A stretch of 59,520 bases of DNA from a virus (lineage: Duplodnaviria > Caudoviricetes). The notes beneath the pieces were generated by a model. The model did not search any database and was not told the DNA's origin. It worked only from the letters and a program-made list of their open reading frames with translations. Position 1 is the first letter of the stretch. Each line of letters starts with the position of its first letter. The stretch covers positions 1 to 59,520 of IMG/VR virus record IMGVR_UViG_3300030389_001291; one strand, given 5' to 3'. Shown here one piece after another: positions 56,820-59,520 of the stretch. The position numbers and the translations under genes are program-made.

Positions 56820-57785
56820 ATGAAAAAAGATAATGTAAATACTCTATCTGAAAATGCTACTTTGGTGCGACTTACAACGAAGCATCCAAGCGGTATTAAA
56901 TCAGATAAGAATTTAAAAGAGGGTTTAGCAATAGACCAAAATGCACATGAAAATTCGCTTCATGTCGCTAAGTATATTTTTGGTAAAGAAACGAATAAAT
57001 ATTTTCGTAGAATTATCAATCAGTTTAGGAATAATTATTTTTATCCTTTAACTGTTCCTTGGGATGATAATACTAGCGACTACGAGGGAAAAGTTTTAAG
57101 CGGGTGGAGATTATGTCCTAACCAAGAACTGGATAACCTTGTTGATAAAGTGAATGAAGCTAAGGCGGATTTTGATAAAGAAGTTAAACAATTTCTTGAT
57201 AGCTACGATAATTTAATCGAGCAAAATAAATACGCTCTTGGTAATGCATTTAAGTTGTCTGATTATCCTACTAAAGAAGAGATTGAGCATAAGTTTAAAT
57301 TTGATTTTGAACTTGGCACAGTCCCACAATTTAGTAGCAACGATATTCGTATTGGTGTATCTGAAAAACTTCGCAAGAAGATTGAGAATGATGCATTAAA
57401 AAGGGCAACCAAAAATGTAGAAGCGATAACTAGAACAACAGTCGAAACTCTTTTGGAAAGTGTTGAGCATTTAGCTGACAAGCTAAAATCATACGACCCA
57501 AAAACTAAAGGTGGAGGTTTCTTTAAGAAATCATCATTCGATAAGTTGAGACAATTTTTAGATACGCTCCCAAGTATCAATTCTGACATTCTAGGGAATG
57601 ACAAAAAGATAACGGAAGCACATCAAAATTTAGTTAGCGTTTTTGCAAAAATTAATGATGTCGATGCTCTTCGCGAAGATGATGATTACACAGCCAACAA
57701 AAGAAAACAGTTGGCTGATGATTTAACTTCGAGTGTCGATGATTTAAAAGGCGGATTTTTAGATAATATGTATTCTAAAAAGTAG
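56820..57785 (+). CDS. DUF3150-like helical protein of the AAA/vWA module
   Basis: 321 aa with TVPW..GWRLCP and FKLSDYP, located between the ATPase and vWA genes. Family assignment is tentative. Confidence 0.65.
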   Translation: MKKDNVNTLSENATLVRLTTKHPSGIKSDKNLKEGLAIDQNAHENSLHVAKYIFGKETNKYFRRIINQFRNNYFYPLTVPWDDNTSDYEGKVLSGWRLCPNQELDNLVDKVNEAKADFDKEVKQFLDSYDNLIEQNKYALGNAFKLSDYPTKEEIEHKFKFDFELGTVPQFSSNDIRIGVSEKLRKKIENDALKRATKNVEAITRTTVETLLESVEHLADKLKSYDPKTKGGGFFKKSSFDKLRQFLDTLPSINSDILGNDKKITEAHQNLVSVFAKINDVDALREDDDYTANKRKQLADDLTSSVDDLKGGFLDNMYSKK

Positions 57786-57837
57786 TCTGATGAGTTGCGG
57801 GGAAAAAACTATTTACCAGTAAATATTTTTTCTTCGC

Positions 57838-57892
57838 TTCTGTCTTAGGATGTAGTCCTAACTGATGATGACTGAAAACAGTCGAAACAGAA
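57838..57892 (+). ncRNA. Hammerhead ribozyme, type III (HHR4), GUC cleavage after 57844
   Basis: TTCTG-TC/TTAGGA-tgtag-TCCTAA-CTGATGA-t-GACTG-aaaa-CAGTC-GAAA-CAGAA. Confidence 0.9.
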
Positions 57893-57904
57893 ACTCATAA
57901 ATAA

Positions 57905-57920
57905 AATTCTTGGAGGGATT
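57905..57920 (+). promoter_or_regulatory. RBS hairpin with UUGGAG loop
   Basis: AATTC-TTGGAG-GGATT, with ATG at 57925. Confidence 0.75.
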
Positions 57921-57924
57921 AATT

Positions 57925-59310
57925 ATGATGAATAGTGAAGAGCGAATAATAAAAGCTAGAGCAAAACTTATGAAAGGTAATGTTGGAATGGCAACCATGT
58001 TATTAAAACTTACTTTGATTGAGAACAATGAGCGATGCCAAACAATGGCTACTGACGGCGTTAATATTTATTGGAATGATGAATTTGTTAAATCAATAAC
58101 AGATGAGGAAATCCAAGCGGTATTGGTACACGAAGCTAGTCATGTTATTTGGGAACATCCGCTTAGAAAAGGAAATCGAAATCACGAACTTTGGAACATA
58201 GCTACTGACTATGTAATTAACTCTTGGATAGCATACGATTTACATATGCAATTACCCGAGGAGGGATTACTTGATAGGAAGTATCACGGACAAAGTGCGG
58301 AGCAAGTTTATAGAACTTTATCGAATGATGAAGATGCTTTAAACGATGCTCTTGAAGATTTAAAATCAAAATCTGATAATGGCGATTCTGATTCTGATTC
58401 TGATTCTGATTCTCAAAATGGTACTGGCGATTCTGATTCTGATTCAGATTCAGATTCAGATTCAAATTCTGATTCTGATTCTAGTTCTGACTCAAACGAT
58501 ACTGCTAATGGAAATGGTAAAGGCAAGTCTCTTGAAGAGAAACTTGCTGATGTTCAATTACCAAGTGGCGAAGTATGGATGCCAACGAATGATGAGGGCA
58601 AAGAATTATCTCCTAGTGAAATGGCTGACTTACAAGAACAGTTGCAAAGAACTATTGCCATGGCTGACAAATTGGAAGGTATGAGCGATGAGGGATGCGG
58701 TGGTTTTGGCGATGCCATGAAACAACTTAATGAAAGTTATGTTGACTGGGTAGATGTGATGCGAGACTTATTGCAAAGTGCTATTGCTACCAACCCCACA
58801 TGGACAAGATTGAATAAAAGACATTCTTGGAGGGGGATTAACTTGCCAAGCAAAGACAAAGAGCCACAAGGTGGCGAACTTGCGATTGCTATAGATACAA
58901 GCGGAAGCGTATGCCAAGAGGAACTCAATGTTTTTGCTACTGAAATCAATGCCATTGCAGAAGATTGCGGTATCAATAAAATTAGAGTTTGCTATTGCGA
59001 TACTACTGTCCGCAAAAATTCTAAAGGCGAATGGTGGGATGAGTACGACTTAGATTGTGAAGAGTTGGAACTCGTTGCCCGTGGTGGCGGTGGAACTAAT
59101 TTTGACCCGCCTTTTAACTTATTCAATGACTATACTGATAATACGGATGAAGTGATAGCGTTTATCTACTTTACGGATGCTTACGGATATTGTTCTGAAG
59201 AAGTTGAGCCTAATGTCCCAGTAATATGGGCGTTAAGTGGCGGAGAAAATTACTATAGCGATGAACTCCCTTTTGGCGAAAAAGTTGCTATCGATTTCTC
59301 TAGGTTTTAA
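57925..59310 (+). CDS. Metallopeptidase-vWA protein (DUF2201-like)
   Basis: TMATDG, HEASH (HExxH), WNIATDYVIN, an acidic linker, MIDAS DTSGS, GGGTNF and FTD. Confidence 0.88.
   Translation: MMNSEERIIKARAKLMKGNVGMATMLLKLTLIENNERCQTMATDGVNIYWNDEFVKSITDEEIQAVLVHEASHVIWEHPLRKGNRNHELWNIATDYVINSWIAYDLHMQLPEEGLLDRKYHGQSAEQVYRTLSNDEDALNDALEDLKSKSDNGDSDSDSDSDSQNGTGDSDSDSDSDSDSNSDSDSSSDSNDTANGNGKGKSLEEKLADVQLPSGEVWMPTNDEGKELSPSEMADLQEQLQRTIAMADKLEGMSDEGCGGFGDAMKQLNESYVDWVDVMRDLLQSAIATNPTWTRLNKRHSWRGINLPSKDKEPQGGELAIAIDTSGSVCQEELNVFATEINAIAEDCGINKIRVCYCDTTVRKNSKGEWWDEYDLDCEELELVARGGGGTNFDPPFNLFNDYTDNTDEVIAFIYFTDAYGYCSEEVEPNVPVIWALSGGENYYSDELPFGEKVAIDFSRF
58384..58492 (+). repeat. Coding GATTCT/GATTCA hexamer repeat (Asp-Ser linker)
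   Basis: Tandem DS codons within the vWA gene. Confidence 0.85.
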
Positions 59311-59375
59311 TCGCAAATTGGTGTGGGGGAAAAATTATTTACCAGTAAATATTTTTTCTCCCCTCCGTATCGAAT

Positions 59376-59430
59376 TTCTGATATCAAGATGTGTGTCTTG
59401 GCTGATGATTGCAAAAGCATGAAATCAGAA
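59376..59430 (+). ncRNA. Hammerhead ribozyme, type III (HHR5), AUA cleavage after 59383
   Basis: TTCTGA-TA/TCAAGAT-gtgt-GTCTTGG-CTGATGA-t-TGC-aaaa-GCA-t-GAAA-TCAGAA. Stem I is identical to HHR3, while stems II and III co-vary. Confidence 0.88.
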
Positions 59431-59519
59431 TTTTAACCTTAACTGTCCTTGGAGGGACAATTTATTATGCAAAATAATCATAATAAAAAAACGGGGTCTC
59501 CAGTTTCTACTGTAGTTTC
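59422..59519. repeat. Terminal overlap (copy of 1-98)
   Basis: Exact match to the contig start. Confidence 0.95.
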
Positions 59520-59520
59520 A

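Noticed and set aside
57787-57796. Second CTGATGA upstream of HHR4
   Set aside because: It has no independent stem II/GAAA arrangement. ATGAGTT instead pairs with AACTCAT (57892-57898) as an outer helix around HHR4.
56670-59430. Repeated intergenic cassettes as a CRISPR array, integron attC sites or REP/MITE elements
   Set aside because: The intervening segments are whole genes, the repeats vary in sequence while conserving a hammerhead fold, and no cas, integrase or transposase gene is present.
59422-59520. Terminal repeat as a biological direct terminal repeat
   Set aside because: The length (~99 nt) resembles an assembler k-mer overlap, and the break falls inside a ribozyme in mid-operon. 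It is treated as evidence of circularity only.

Overview
The window is an essentially complete, AT-rich tailed-phage genome with about 59,421 bp of unique sequence. Bases 1-98 recur at 59422-59519, so the contig is circular. The architecture is podovirus-like. A long leftward late region (54.7 kb to 11.3 kb) encodes the terminases, portal, GroES, scaffold, capsid, adaptors, a tail fibre, a csgF-csgG-curlin-FecR-CHASE2 adenylate cyclase cassette, holin, lysozyme and ejection proteins, including a 2658-aa polyvalent protein. Replication and recombination genes lie at 2.3-11.4 kb (primase-helicase, exonuclease, Sak3-like annealase, SSB, Ref-like nuclease, RusA). I recognised no DNA polymerase, RNA polymerase, integrase, tRNA or CRISPR array. 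The most striking feature is the rightward putative early operon, which runs from about 54.8 kb through the contig junction to about 1.7 kb. Each of its first six genes is preceded by a hammerhead ribozyme and by a co-varying hairpin that displays the Shine-Dalgarno in a UUGGAG loop. A small RNA downstream of the operon and the 3' end of the operon's structured leader both carry the complementary CUCCAA sequence. Together these suggest a self-processing, antisense-controlled expression system. All calls come from reading the sequence by eye. No database searches or folding programs were run.
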